From Eledone cirrhosa (taxonomy: Eukaryota): DNA of 64,000 bases. Shown one piece after another: positions 1 through 13,672 of this stretch. The notes under the pieces are model-generated. The model was not told the DNA's origin, ran no database searches, and worked only from the letters and a program-made list of their open reading frames with translations. The stretch's first letter is position 1, and every line of letters starts with the position of its first letter. The stretch lies in the NCBI GenBank assembly GCA_964016885.1, contig OZ024741.1:357120001-357184000 (forward strand), given 5' to 3'. The position numbers and the translations under genes are program-made.

Positions 1-31
1 TATATATATATATTATATATATAAATATATT

Positions 32-62
<31 letters not shown>

Positions 63-608
63 TATACATATAATATATATATATATATATTATTTATATA
101 TATATATTAATATATATATATTATATATAAATATATATATATATTATATATACGTTATTCCGGGTTGAAATGGAGGTAACCACAGTAAGTAAGGTACTCA
201 ATATACTTATTTATATATATATTAATATATATATATATTAATATATATATATATTTATATATATATATTATTTATATATATATATTATTTATATATATAT
301 TAATATATATATATATTATTTATATATATATTAATATATATATATATATATTATTTATATATATATTAATATATATATATATATATTATTTATATATATA
401 TTAATATATATATATATTATTTATATATATATATTATTTATATATATATATATAATATTTATATATATACATTAATATATATATATTATTTATATATATA
501 TGTATATATATATATATTATATATACGTTATTCCGGGTTGAATCGGAGGTAACCACAGTAAGTAAGGTACTCAATACATTGCAGAGTATAAAAGTTTTAA
601 TATACATG

Positions 609-659
609 AGATTCTACAGGACTAGAACTGTTTCATTCTTTAGAAATCATCAGGAATCT
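609..659 (-). ncRNA. Type I hammerhead ribozyme
   Basis: Minus strand reads agattc-CTGATGA-tttct aa agaat-GAAA-cag ttctagtc ctg-TA-gaatct: 6-bp stem I, intact core, short stem II, 3-bp stem III, GUA cleavage triplet; ATTAAA about 10 nt downstream. Confidence 0.8.
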
Positions 660-970
660 ATGTATATATTATATTAATATATATATATAATATATATATA
701 TTAATATATATATATATATATTACATATATATATATATATTACATATATATATATATTACATATATATATATATATTACATATATATATATATATTACAT
801 ATATATATATATATTACATATATATATATATATTACATATATATATATTACATATATATATATATATTACATATATATATATATATATTACATATATATA
901 TATATATTACATATATATATATATATATTACATATATATATATATATATTACATATATATATATATATAT

Positions 971-1009
<39 letters not shown>

Positions 1010-1654
1010 CATATATATATATATATATTACATATATATATATATATATTACATATATATATATATATTACATATATATATATTACATTACATATATATA
1101 TATTACATAGATATATATATATTACATATATATATATTCCATATATATATATATATTACATATATATATATATTACATATATATATATTAAATATATATA
1201 TATTATATATATATTCCATATATATATTATATATATATTCCATATATATATATATATTCCATATATATATATTACATATATATATTACATATATATATTA
1301 CATATATATATATTACATATATATATATTACATATATATATATTACATATATATATATTACATATATATATATTACATATATATATATTACACATATATA
1401 TATATATTTATTATATATATATATATTTATTATATATATATATATTTATTATATAGATACATATTTATTATATATATATATATATATTATATATATATAT
1501 ATTTATTATATAGATACATATTTATTATATATATATATATTTATTATATATATATATATTTATTATATATTTATTATATATATATATATATATTTATTAT
1601 ATATATATATTACATATATATATATATTATATATATTATATATATTATATATAT

Positions 1655-1686
<32 letters not shown>

Positions 1687-1688
1687 TA

Positions 1689-1726
<38 letters not shown>

Positions 1727-1904
1727 CATATATATATATATTACATATATATATATTACATATATATATATTACATATATATATTACATATATATATATT
1801 ACATATATATATATTACATATTACATATATATATATTATATATATATATTACATATATATATATATATTATATATATATATATATTACATATATATATAT
1901 ATAT

Positions 1905-1939
<35 letters not shown>

Positions 1940-2477
1940 CATATATATATATATATTACATATATATATATATATTATATATATATATATATATTATATA
2001 TATATATATATTATATATATATATATTATATATATATATATTACATATATATATATTATATATATGTTACATATATATATATATTACATATATATATATT
2101 ACATATATATATATTACATATATATATATTATATATATATGTTATATATATATATTACATATACATATATATATATTACATATATATATATATTATATAT
2201 TACATATATATATATTATATATTACATATAATATATATATATCCCCTCTCTCAAAAGCGTGAACCTAATAAACTCATGTTTGTACTGCCTCTCTGTTTTT
2301 GCTCCTGTCTAAGATTTAACTATATAATATATCTATATATATATAGTATAATATATACATATATAATATAATATATATATAATATAATATATATATATAT
2401 ATATATAATATAATATATATATTATATTATATACAATGATATTAAATAAATGGAAACTATATTTATAAAACCATATT

Positions 2478-2540
2478 TATTTTATTATATATATTTCAAG
2501 GGTACCAAAACACATTGGTACGCTTTCCTCAGATAAAATA
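2478..2540 (-). ncRNA. Type I hammerhead ribozyme
   Basis: tattttat-CTGAGGA-aagcgtacca atgtgttt tggtaccctt-GAAA-tatata-TA-ataaaata: perfect 8-bp stem I, stem II of 9 bp with one mismatch, palindromic stem III, AUA triplet. Confidence 0.85.
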
Positions 2541-2639
2541 CAAAATTTGTTTTATAAATAGAGACATACCCATGAAAACCATACCTTATCAGTTGGATAT
2601 TCTCTGGATAGTCAGAGAATATCCAACCGATAAGGTACG

Positions 2640-2702
2640 ATTTGTATCTGAGGAAAATGTACCAATGTGTTTTGGTACCCTTGAAATATATATAATAAAA
2701 TA
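2640..2702 (+). ncRNA. Type I hammerhead ribozyme (inverted partner of 2478-2540)
   Basis: atttgtat-CTGAGGA-aaatgtacca atgtgttt tggtaccctt-GAAA-tatata-TA-ataaaata; core intact, extra mismatches in stems I and II. Confidence 0.75.
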
Positions 2703-3867
2703 AATATGGTTTTATAAATATAGTTTCCATTTATTTAATATCATTGAATATTTACTCCAGTAAACTGTTGAGTGCTCTAAATCAGTTATAAACATTTATA
2801 TTTATCGGACTTCCAACAAATTAAATACCCCTACTACTTATAATATATATATATATATAATATAATATACATATAATATATATATATATATAATATAATA
2901 TACATATAATATATATATATAATATAATATATATATATAATATAATATACATATAATATATATATATAATATAATATAATATTCATATAATATATATATA
3001 TAATATAATATAATATTCATATAATATATATATATAATATAATATATATATATATATATAATATAATATAATATATATATATAATATAATATATATATAT
3101 ATATAATATAATATATATATATATATAATATAATATATATATATATATAATATAATATATATATATATATAATATAATATATATATATATATAATATAAT
3201 ATAATATAATATATATATATAATATATATATATATATATAATATAATATATATATATATATATATAACATATATATATATATATAATATTATATATATAT
3301 ATATATAATATTATATATATATATTATATATATATATATATATAATATTATATATATATATAATATATATACATAATATAATATATATATATAATATAAT
3401 ATATATAATATTATACAATATTATATACAAATATATATATATTATACAATATTATATGCATATATATTATATACATATATATTATATATATATAATATTT
3501 ATATATATATAATTTTGATAGGTTCTGGCCAGTATTGGCACAGGCCAGTATCGGCGCAGGCCATGTCTAACTTAAAAGCACCATATATATATATATAATA
3601 TTTATCATCATCATCATTTTACGTCCGCTTTTCCCTGCTTGCAAGGGTGGGACATATATAATATATATATATTATATAAATATATATATATATTATATAA
3701 ATATATATATATATTATATAAATATATATAATATATATATTATATAATATATATAATATTTATATATTATATATATATATATTATATCTATATAATAATA
3801 TATATTATATCTATATAATAATATACTATATATAATATATATTATATATCTATCTATATTATATATA

Positions 3868-3969
3868 CAGGGTGCCCCCAAAAATGTGTACACACTGTTA
3901 TTACCTGTACAGGCAATATTTATTAGAATGTTGTTGATGTGTGTGTAAATGTTTTTTGAGACACCCGTG
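3868..3969. mobile_element. Tc1/mariner-type MITE
   Basis: TA-CAGGGTGCCCCCAAAAATGTGTACACAC matches, as an imperfect TIR, GTGTGTAAATGTTTTTTGAGACACCCGTG-TA. Confidence 0.65.
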
Positions 3970-6900
3970 TATATATGAAACAAGTATATTGTACATACAT
4001 ATACATATCATGAATGAAATTTTAAAGAAAGAAAAACAACAATTTTACAGAATGTTTCACTTTTGACAACTATTCGTTGATTATGACCCTCTTTCACTTT
4101 TCAGAGCATTGATTAATCAAATAATTAATTAATTCGTCAGAAAAGTCATGAAAGCACCTAGAAATACATTCTAAGGATTCAAATGAAAAATAATACTCTG
4201 TTTGGTGTGATGTTTGTTTGTTATTTTTTCTTGTGTTTTATTTTGTTTGTTTACTCAGTACATAAATAATTCTGTGTGGTTATCTTCTTTTTACTCAAGT
4301 GAAGAATTTGAGGGAGATAGAGACAATGAAAAGATAATACATTCTAATTTAGGCACAATGCCAGCAATTTGCGGGTAAGGGAAAGTGGATTAAATCAACC
4401 TCCAGTACTTGACCAGTACTTTATTAATGATAAATAATTATTTCTAATTTAGGCACAAAGCCAGCAATTTGCAGGAAGGGCAGAGTCGATATATCGACCT
4501 TAGTACTTTACTGGTATCCTATTATTAATAACATTAATAATAATTGATACATAAGTGTAGAAGGATATTGCCATAATTTCCGGAAATAGTGTGGAAGAAC
4601 AAATAGAAAGGCAAAGATGGTTGACAAAATATACACTTATTTAACAGACTAAACAATGTTTTGTTTTAGTTTTTGTTTGTTTTTATAGACTTCGTAAAGT
4701 ACACCTTCTTACATTGTCAATGTATATTAATTAAATTAATCATTATTATCATTTCTCTAAACTGTTCTGCTGTCTTGTGAAAGGGAGAGCGATTCCTGCT
4801 GCTCTTGTGAATGAATGTATGGTGAAAGGGAAATAAAGTCACAGGAAAAAAGTCCAAATTTCATTTAAATACCATAGAAAATAATTTTAAATTAATCAAA
4901 CAAATAATACGTTAAAGTAATTAAATAAATAATATTTTAAGTAGCTTATTAAAGTGACAATACACGACTCGTAAACAATGACAACATAAATTTATATAAT
5001 AATAGCATTACACGTATACGAAGAAAAAAATCACGTTTTATTCAATATCTTAAATAAAACAATGAAACAAAATAGAAAAAATATATAACATTAAATCAAT
5101 CATTTTATTGAGGGTTTTCCTGTGACTTTTTTCCTGGATTCGAATGTATGAATCACAAAAAAACACAAACTTTTATGATAAATCTGGAAACAGCAATTAA
5201 TTGTTCTGAGGCTGTCAACGACTTAAAAATTCTGAACACGAAAAAAAAAAAAAAAAAAGAGGAATGAGGGACAGCAATAATTCTTACACACCTAAAAGAC
5301 GAGCAATTTTCACCATCCACCCTCTTTTTTTTTTTATTTTATTTATTTTTTTTTTTTTTATTGCTGTCTCTCAAGAGACATGAGAAAAATAGTGTAAAAC
5401 TACAGGCTTTTCTTAACAAAAAAATAAAATAAACAAAGGATATTGTTATAGCTATCATACTTGAAAATAAATGGCAATAGCATTTACTACTAGTTAAGTC
5501 ATTTATTTTATAATGCATTTGAATGTTCATACTCTACGGAGGAATGAGTTTTTTGCACAGAAATAAACGCCTTCAGCATGTTTCCATTTATTTAGTTGGA
5601 AACGTAGAGACTTAAGAATAATAGGGTTAGAAGCTAGGTGCTATTACAAAAATTTGTGGGGTAAATGTTGTAATTGCTATTTCTGAGCTTTTATCTTAAA
5701 TTGCAACATTCAATACCAAATAACGTAAGATCAGCAAGTAAATGCACCAAATTCTCCCCATTAGATTGATCTTTTTGTGTCCATTCCCATTCATTATATT
5801 GAATCATATTATATATACATTGATATAAAAGACAAAAAATAATAGCTGAGATCATTTCCAGGTTATATATAGCTTAAAATATTTTAAAGGTATTTATTCT
5901 CTACCTAAAATGATTGATCATTCATTTGACAACAGAACTACAACTAAATGTGTTTAAACAATGAAGTTTTCGAAATCTGATCAGGTTAAAAAAACATCAA
6001 CAACAACTAAACAATGAATAATTAAAAGTAAAATAAACAAATAATTGTGTTAACAATTTCTATGGAAGCCATCAAACTATGTGGATAGTTGAGCCAGCCG
6101 AGTGCCTTGCTATCAAGTCTGTGAAGAGTTCTTTCCCTAGAACCACGGTAGCCATTTTGCAAATTATCTTAACACAGTGACTAACAAGCCACATAGACTA
6201 GCTCTTAATAAACTCTTTTAAACATTTGGAAGGCCTTACAGTTTAATTTATTTATCCTTAATGTCCTAGTTCATTGTATGTGAATTTTGAGAATACATAT
6301 TAAATTATTTTAAACATTTGTCCTAAAAGTAATTTTGTTTAGTCATAAAAAAGCCATTAACACGAAGACACCAGTCCTATGGACTTTGAATGAGTCACTA
6401 TAGAGAGGTTTTCCCCAAAAATAAATCAACGCAAAAAATAATGCTTCCATAGCCAATTCTGACTAGTAGACATTTTAACTATATATTTCAAGCTTACACC
6501 TCGATATTTTATATTCTCTTTAAAAAATTAGAAACGTCCTACTGAAAATATAGGTACATGATAAAAATAAATGGCATTATCTTTATTTGATTGCTTTCCT
6601 TCTGTAATGCTGGATTTCTATAGATTAAAGAATACAGTTACGGGAATACATAAACAAACACATGCAATCGATGCTGAATGATAGAAAGGTGAGTGAATAA
6701 GTTGTAGACAGATAAGATGGGGTAGGAGAGAGATCAAAAGACTAGGCCTATTTTTGACTTATCACAGTTTGAGAAATTCTTTTTTTTATTTTTTTTTTTT
6801 TTTTATTGTAATTCGTTTTTTCTTTTATGCTGTTTTTTTTTAGTTATTATTAAATAGATGATTCTAAAAGGGAAAAAATAACGATTTGCTGTTTGTTCGG

Positions 6901-8319
6901 TAATCTAAGTCAGAACCCCCCCCCCCCCCCCCACCCCACCAATATAATACTTGAGATGATGTTCTTTGGTGGAGCTGCAATGTTTTGTAATGGGGGAGGG
7001 TCATGAAGAATGTCTGTCAATGGATATGGGGAAAGCTTTAAATGTGTTGTTTTCGTTAGCTGATATGTATCTATACAATAATCTCTACTGATACTTGTAT
7101 GTCTGTTAATAAAATAGACATATATTATTGCCAAATTGTACGTTTATTACATGTTAAGTTGTTTAGCCCATGTCAACTCTGATCAAACACAACGATCAAA
7201 ATACTTTACAGCTGTGGCCATAATTTTAGCTAGTATCTAGGACCACATTATCAAATGTATCCTTTCCTATTCTTTAAGACGAGTTGCAATTTGAAAGAGA
7301 TTTGGCTGCTATATCTAGAAGATCGAACAATGACGTTGCTCTGCATGCAAAGTCAGTTGGTGGTGAGTTCCACGTTCCATAGGAATTTCCTAACGTATAT
7401 GCTTGTGGTTGGTTATAATTAACCATGTAATTACAAGAGTCTTTACGTAGTAGTTCGATTTTGTAGAAATAGCAGCCAAATCTAACTTCAAGTCACATCC
7501 TCCCATACCATATTTTAAAAATGGAAGGGTTTTAGTCCTAGATATACAGTCTGAATAAAAGACAGGATGGCCGTGACTGAGAATGGCGGACCTAGTTTAA
7601 CAACAATCGCTGCTCCCTCTGTAAGGACAACTAACGTAATGTTTGTACCAAACATTGGAACATGTTTATTCATTGTTGCTTATATATGTGTGTAAAGTCT
7701 GTCACTATGGGAATGTTTATGGTCTGGGGTTGTTTGTTGGTAGACATGTGTTGCTACGGAACAGTTCTATACGTATGTTGTTTGTCGGTGGACATATGTT
7801 GCTATGGGCACTCTTGTTGATGCTATTAATGGAGTGGGTGGGTGTGACAAACACACTCACACACATACACACGCTTATAGCGACAATTTGTTTAATCTTT
7901 AAAATAGCTTATATATAAATAATATCAAACATGGAAGCAATTATATGTTTTAGAAAGAGAATTCTTTATTTTAACCTATTATTATCTTCTTCCATTATGA
8001 AGCGATTTTTCGTAAGAGGTATAATTTGAACTTATCTATAAAAAAAAATCGGTTCTATTTTTAGAGTAAGCTTTGAAAGGTAAATGTATATTGATGATGT
8101 CATTGGAGTTTATATTATTTTATGGGTAGGAAATAAACTTAAAGTGCCTAAATCTTAAATAATTTTCTCCAAGTATGAGCCCTGATGAATAGCTGAAAAT
8201 AAACCTGTATCTTAGAGAGAGTCTAAAACTTAGATGTGGACGGTTCGATAAAAAATGTCTTTTACGTCAGTTTTGTGAATGCAAGTGAAGTATTTAATAA
8301 ATAGTGAGAATATATGAGA

Positions 8320-8960
8320 ATAATATATATATATATGTAAACACACACATATGTATGTGTGTATTATGTATAAATGCAAACATGTGTGTGTGTGTATATA
8401 TATATATATATACATACACACACACACGTGTATATATATATTTACACACGTGTATATATATGTGTAAATCATATATATATACGTTTATAAATGTATATAC
8501 ACATACACACATATGTATGTATAATGTTTATAAATGTACATATACATACATATGTAAATAGATATATAGCCAAACACATTTGTGTGTTTAAGTATATATA
8601 TATATATGCATATATTTACATATATATATATATGCATATAATATATATATATATATTTATATATGCATATAATATATATATATTTATATATGCATATAAT
8701 ATATATATTTATATATATATAATATATATATATATATTTATATATATATAATATATATATATATAATATATATACATATAATATATATACATATAATATA
8801 TATACATATATTTATATTTATATATATATGATATTTATATATACATAATATACATATATATATATATATTATATACATGTATATATATATATATGATATA
8901 CATGTGTATATATATTTATTTATATATATATTTATATATATATATATATATTCATCTATA
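8320..8960. repeat. (TA)n/(CA)n/(TG)n microsatellite block downstream of the DYRK stop codon
   Basis: Direct inspection. Confidence 0.95.
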
Positions 8961-9313
8961 TAAATAAAATGAACTAAGAAAACTTAAAACATCACATAAA
9001 TAATTGAAAAAAGGTACATTAAAATTATTTATAAATAAATACATTTTGTTGCTTTTTAAATCACCGAAAAATAATCTTATTTACTGAAGGGGGTTAAACT
9101 AATTAAGGTTATTCCAAAATGAATAAAAATAGGATTGATTAATCAACAAATTTAAATTAATCAAATTTTGTTTTCTGGTCATTTTGACTTTTTTTGGTGT
9201 TTGTGTGGTTACTCTTTCTGTAAAAGTCAACAAAAAAAAAAGAAAAAACTATAATTTAAAAAAAATATTAATAACATACGCACTCACATACAAGCATTCA
9301 AGAAAACTGTCTG

Positions 9314-12300
9314 TTATAAAGTGGATCCTATTTGGGGCAGTTTTGTCCGCGAATTGAACTGGGACGATGTGTTGACCACATCGTCAGGAATGATTTGCCT
9401 AGATTTATTCCCTGAAGTGGAGCCGTTAGCAAGTTTCGGCACGGCACCGTTTCTATTGTTTCCCGTAGAATTTCTACGATTCATAGTACCAATATTTACA
9501 TTGGTACTGTTACCAATCGTTGCTATAGTAGTAGTCATGGTGTTTGTATCTCTGTTTTCATTCGGTGGTGGCTTTGGTAATCTCCTTCGTAGCCAAGCAT
9601 GCCGAAGAGCCTGGCTGGGAGTCATCCGAGAATTCGGATCCCAATCCAAGCACCGTCGCATAAAGTCTAAAAATAGAGGATCATCACAACCATTTAAAGC
9701 AGCCATGATCTTCTTGCTTCCTGGAGAACCTCGATATTTACCACGTCGCGACCTGCCAGCGTTGATCACACTTGACCCGTCCGGAAGAGTACTTACTGTA
9801 CAATATCTTGGAAATCCTTTGGAGCTAATAAAATTACGTGCTCTTTTAGAATGGTCTAACAGTTTTTGTGGGGGCATCCCCAACATTTCTATGATACATG
9901 CTAGCTGGTCCCCTTCATCTTCACCTGGAAATAATGGGTAGCCCGTAAGAAGCTCGGCCAGGATACACCCGAGGCTCCACATATCAATAGGCATACCGTA
10001 CTTACCACCAAGGATGACCTCAGGAGCCCGATAGAAGCGAGACTGGATATATGTATAGATCCTCTGATGTTCATAACAACTAGAACCAAAGTCTATAACT
10101 TTGATACCACTGCGACCTTGTTGTTTCAGCAAAATATTTTCAGGCTTCAGGTCACAGTGGATAATATTGTTGTTATGAAGAGAGTCTAAACACTGTAAGA
10201 TTGAATGCGCGAACTTGCGAACAAGCTGTAATGTAAATCCTTGGAATTTGTTTTTCTTGATCAACTCGTATAAATTCATACTAAGTAATTCGAATGTAAT
10301 ACATATGTGGTTCCGAAACGTGAAATGTTCTAGCATGTGAACAATATTCATGCTGTTCTCTCGATCCTGTTTTTTCAAATGTTCTAATATTCGAATTTCT
10401 TCTTGAGCCTGTCGGTGGAACCTTTTTTCGTTACGTACCATTTTCAAAGCAACATGTTGTTGTGCTTTGTGGTCATAGGCTTTCACTACCTGTCCAAAGC
10501 TTCCTTTGCCAATTATTTTCAAAACTTCATAGCGGTAAGCTATATGATCGTGAGGTACGTGCAAATACGATCCATTTTCATCATCGTAACCGTTGTTGTT
10601 ACTTCCACCAACTATACCCTGTCTTTTCTTAGCAGTGGGTCCAACAAAATATACTTGTGGGTAATTGAAAATCTCGTGATGCTCAAATGCACTGAGCTTG
10701 TTCATATAATGCTTCATAGCCGACTCAGGAGATAAAGCATTGTTGTTGTTGGTGCCCACACAACCAGAAAACCGTCGGTTATTCGAGGATGTTATCGACG
10801 GACTGTGTTGTTGTTGTTGATGGTGGTGATGGTGGTGGTGGTGGTGGTGGTGGTGGTTATTCGACGACAACACCGACTGTATAGTATTTATGTTGTTAGT
10901 TATGGCTGAAGTATTACGAGGCGTGTCATGAGCGGAGATCACTTCATCGATGTTATCACATTCTATATTAGAGACATCAGCAGCGCTATCAAGTACATTA
11001 ATGCTGTTGATTTGGCTGGCTGCAGTATTTGTATGAGGGACTTTCGGATTAAAATTAGAAATAGCAGTAGTACCAGTAGTAGAGCCGGTAGCAGTAGTAG
11101 CAGCAGCGACGAGGGCTGCTGTAATGGTATTAGCACTACCCGCTCCTTTACTTTTACCTGTTAAATTTGCAGCATTAGCAGTATTATTGTTATTGTTGTT
11201 CACTATGGCACCGCCACGAACACTGGGCAATGTCGATTTAGGTTGATGGTGAGAATGAGCACGACAGCAAGTCTGGTGTGCTAAATGAGGAGCAGAATGT
11301 TGTTGATGTAATCGATGAGGTGGAAGCTGGTGAATGTGATGTTGATGGTGATAAAAATGTTGTTGGTGTGGAACATGCAGATGATGGTGATGTATAGGAC
11401 CGGTCAAATCGACATGATTGATGGTGTTTGTTGTAGTAGTCGTAGTTGTAACGTCTGTGAAAGTGGTACTACTGGCAGCGATGGTGGTGTTGGAAGCAAG
11501 TGGTGATGGTGACGAAGATGACGACAAAAAATGCAAAGGAAAACCTTCGGAAGGGTTGTTACACTGATGGCCGGCCGTGGTGATATTTGTGCTAATGGAA
11601 ACGGCTCCGGTTCCAGTTGGAATGGTAGTGCTGACCACTGGACGTACAGATGAAATTGGGATAGTGGCTGTAATATTTTCCGATTGTGTAGTTGTTGAAG
11701 CTGGCAGTAGTGTATTAACAGTTGCAGCAGTTCCGCAGCTGCTAGTTGTATTATTCCTTCGGCAATAGCTGACAGCACCAACGTTAACAAAATGATAGGT
11801 TCGTCCGTCTCTTTCGTAAGCAATTCCTTCTTCAAAGCCGTCTTCCTTGGTGCCTTCCTCCCTGCTGTGGCAAAGTTTGTAGTAGGGTTGTCGTTGTTGT
11901 TTACAGTTATTATAGAGTTCCTGCGATTGTTTGTGGGGAAAAGTAAAATGACGGATTTGTTGCTGATTATAGCGTTGACGGAAGAGGTTGAGGTGTTGGT
12001 CGTTAACGTCGCCGACACCTCCTCGGTCGCCATTTTGTGGATCGGGCGGCGCAGAAGTACGCCGTTGATCGGCTGCAATGGCCGGGCTGTGATGCCGTTG
12101 TTGGATACTTTGAGGCGAGTTGTTCTGTTTGGTTCCGCTACAGTTAAAACACAATTCTTCAGTACTGGACTCACCCCTCACTAGAAGCTGCTGCTCGTAT
12201 ACTGAAGTAGAAACGAATGTCTTTAATGGCAGTGGAGGAGACGGTAGATGAAACCGTGACGGGAAATTGTGATGGTGGTTGTGCTGCTGCCGGTGATGTT

Positions 12301-13672
12301 GGCGATATTTGTGGCTATGGTTGTTAGGGAATAACTGCAATTCAGATAGTTCTCTATCCTGCTGCCTGGGGGGAAACTCCTCAGGCAGTTGTACAATCTT
12401 CACGGTAAGCTGTGGTGATCCCACAATACTACTACTATTATTAGTACAACTACAGTGTTGATGATTCCGAGGAGTTGTCAATTTACGTCTAGTAGTAGTT
12501 GCTGTAGAAATACCCTGTTTTTCAGGTTGTTGGTGTGGCTGAAGAGGACAGGGGATAGTAATTCTGTGAGAACTGTGTGGAGGAGGAGGCGGCGGCGGAT
12601 GGTGGTAATTGACTTGCGGGCTGTTACTACTATTACTACTACCGTAGCTACTGCTGTTACTACAGCTACTACTACTACTGCTACTACTACTACTTAGTTC
12701 GTCACTAAGGTAACTAATAATGTTGTGCTTGGTGATGGTATTTCCACGATTATTACTGTTACTGCTGCTACTACTGCATCGATTGAGCCTCAAATTTGTG
12801 TTGGAGTGACAATAGTAGTTATAGCGTGTATCATTAGAGTTAGTGGCGCAACCGGGATCAGACGAAGGGGACTCTCTTTCACGTCTTCCACTTCCTATTA
12901 ATGTCTTTCTTCTAACACTGCTGCTGCTACTCTCCTTTCTTCGACTTCCTGCCCAGCTGCTGCTGCTGTTAGCTCTATTAATGATCACGTTGCTAGAATT
13001 AATATCCTCCAGTCTTCTGCTTATAGTCGTTTTCTTTAATTCTCTTCTTACTGGATCGCATATAGTTTTCTTCTCTGGTAGGCTACTATTAGTTGTGTCG
13101 TTGTTTAAATCGGTTTTGTCACCACCATTCCTGCACAACCCGACAGCAAAAGATGAACAACGCTTGTTTACTTCTTGTGTCGCCAATTCTAAATTTGGTC
13201 CCATTGATGTCGAAGACACGGATGGCAATATTAATACGGCTGTATTCCTGTCTGCTGGAATCGACAAAGAACTCATACAAACACCACTGTCACAACTTTT
13301 GCTACATTTAACCTCTTTACCAATACTAATTTCACTGTTACTTCCAGTTGTTCTGCCGCTGCTGCGACTGTTGTGACAACTGATCGTCGTTGGGAATGTA
13401 GTAGTCTCTCCAATTGAATTTCCGGAGACGGTTGTTTTATTGGAACTGATAATGTGACTAATGCTTCTGGTATCTGAAGATACATCTTCTGTACACATGA
13501 GAGATGTCGGCTTCTGCTCGTCGTAGTTACTGTTGTGTGCTGCATTCGAGAGATTTGTGCCGACTGTGCTACTTTTTTTGTTTTCAGAGGCTACAGTTAA
13601 TAGTAAAGGACGCCGAGGGTGAGGACCCAATGCGTCGCAGCCCCAGAAACCTCTTCTTTCTTTTAGTGCCAT
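9314..13672 (-). CDS. DYRK2: Dual-specificity tyrosine-phosphorylation-regulated kinase, class II (DYRK2/DYRK3-like), with long low-complexity N-terminal extension
   Basis: 1452-codon uninterrupted ORF, start context AAAATGG-like (A at -3, G at +4). NAPA-like [21 protein letters not shown] box [57 protein letters not shown], activation loop [13 protein letters not shown]. The true start codon is less certain than the kinase call. Confidence 0.95.
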   Translation of the reverse strand: MALKERRGFWGCDALGPHPRRPLLLTVASENKKSSTVGTNLSNAAHNSNYDEQKPTSLMCTEDVSSDTRSISHIISSNKTTVSGNSIGETTTFPTTISCHNSRSSGRTTGSNSEISIGKEVKCSKSCDSGVCMSSLSIPADRNTAVLILPSVSSTSMGPNLELATQEVNKRCSSFAVGLCRNGGDKTDLNNDTTNSSLPEKKTICDPVRRELKKTTISRRLEDINSSNVIINRANSSSSWAGSRRKESSSSSVRRKTLIGSGRRERESPSSDPGCATNSNDTRYNYYCHSNTNLRLNRCSSSSSNSNNRGNTITKHNIISYLSDELSSSSSSSSSSCSNSSSYGSSNSSNSPQVNYHHPPPPPPPHSSHRITIPCPLQPHQQPEKQGISTATTTRRKLTTPRNHQHCSCTNNSSSIVGSPQLTVKIVQLPEEFPPRQQDRELSELQLFPNNHSHKYRQHHRQQHNHHHNFPSRFHLPSPPLPLKTFVSTSVYEQQLLVRGESSTEELCFNCSGTKQNNSPQSIQQRHHSPAIAADQRRTSAPPDPQNGDRGGVGDVNDQHLNLFRQRYNQQQIRHFTFPHKQSQELYNNCKQQRQPYYKLCHSREEGTKEDGFEEGIAYERDGRTYHFVNVGAVSYCRRNNTTSSCGTAATVNTLLPASTTTQSENITATIPISSVRPVVSTTIPTGTGAVSISTNITTAGHQCNNPSEGFPLHFLSSSSSPSPLASNTTIAASSTTFTDVTTTTTTTNTINHVDLTGPIHHHHLHVPHQQHFYHHQHHIHQLPPHRLHQQHSAPHLAHQTCCRAHSHHQPKSTLPSVRGGAIVNNNNNNTANAANLTGKSKGAGSANTITAALVAAATTATGSTTGTTAISNFNPKVPHTNTAASQINSINVLDSAADVSNIECDNIDEVISAHDTPRNTSAITNNINTIQSVLSSNNHHHHHHHHHHHHQQQQHSPSITSSNNRRFSGCVGTNNNNALSPESAMKHYMNKLSAFEHHEIFNYPQVYFVGPTAKKRQGIVGGSNNNGYDDENGSYLHVPHDHIAYRYEVLKIIGKGSFGQVVKAYDHKAQQHVALKMVRNEKRFHRQAQEEIRILEHLKKQDRENSMNIVHMLEHFTFRNHICITFELLSMNLYELIKKNKFQGFTLQLVRKFAHSILQCLDSLHNNNIIHCDLKPENILLKQQGRSGIKVIDFGSSCYEHQRIYTYIQSRFYRAPEVILGGKYGMPIDMWSLGCILAELLTGYPLFPGEDEGDQLACIIEMLGMPPQKLLDHSKRARNFISSKGFPRYCTVSTLPDGSSVINAGRSRRGKYRGSPGSKKIMAALNGCDDPLFLDFMRRCLDWDPNSRMTPSQALRHAWLRRRLPKPPPNENRDTNTMTTTIATIGNSTNVNIGTMNRRNSTGNNRNGAVPKLANGSTSGNKSRQIIPDDVVNTSSQFNSRTKLPQIGSTL

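Larger units (their letters stand above)
2435..2838. mobile_element. Inverted-repeat Penelope-pLTR/retrozyme-like island with two HHR copies and a unique tail
   Basis: 2435-2541 is the reverse complement of about 2640-2746; inner hairpin 2582-2637; unpaired tail 2747-2838; flanked by (TA)n. Confidence 0.7.
1..3865. repeat. Compound (TA)n / (TTACATATA)-type microsatellite field with embedded non-repetitive islands
   Basis: Almost pure TA repeats with TTAC/TAA interruptions; islands at about 153-203, 526-659, 2243-2320, 2435-2838, 3518-3582 and 3604-3652. Confidence 0.97.

Noticed and set aside
8176-8216. CTGATGA-atagct-GAAA in the region downstream of DYRK, resembling an HHR core
   Set aside because: Stem II is 1 bp and no convincing stem I or III pairing flanks an NUH; at best a heavily decayed relic.
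2838-8751. Many ORFs rich in Y/I/C/V/M
   Set aside because: They are translations of (TA)n, (TG)n and (TATG)n microsatellites; the same applies near 21.6, 27.4, 40, 44.7 and 58.8 kb.
9321-13545. Antisense and alternate-frame ORFs over DYRK (206 aa, 256 aa, 177 aa and others)
   Set aside because: Shadow ORFs of a long coding region with no recognisable motifs.
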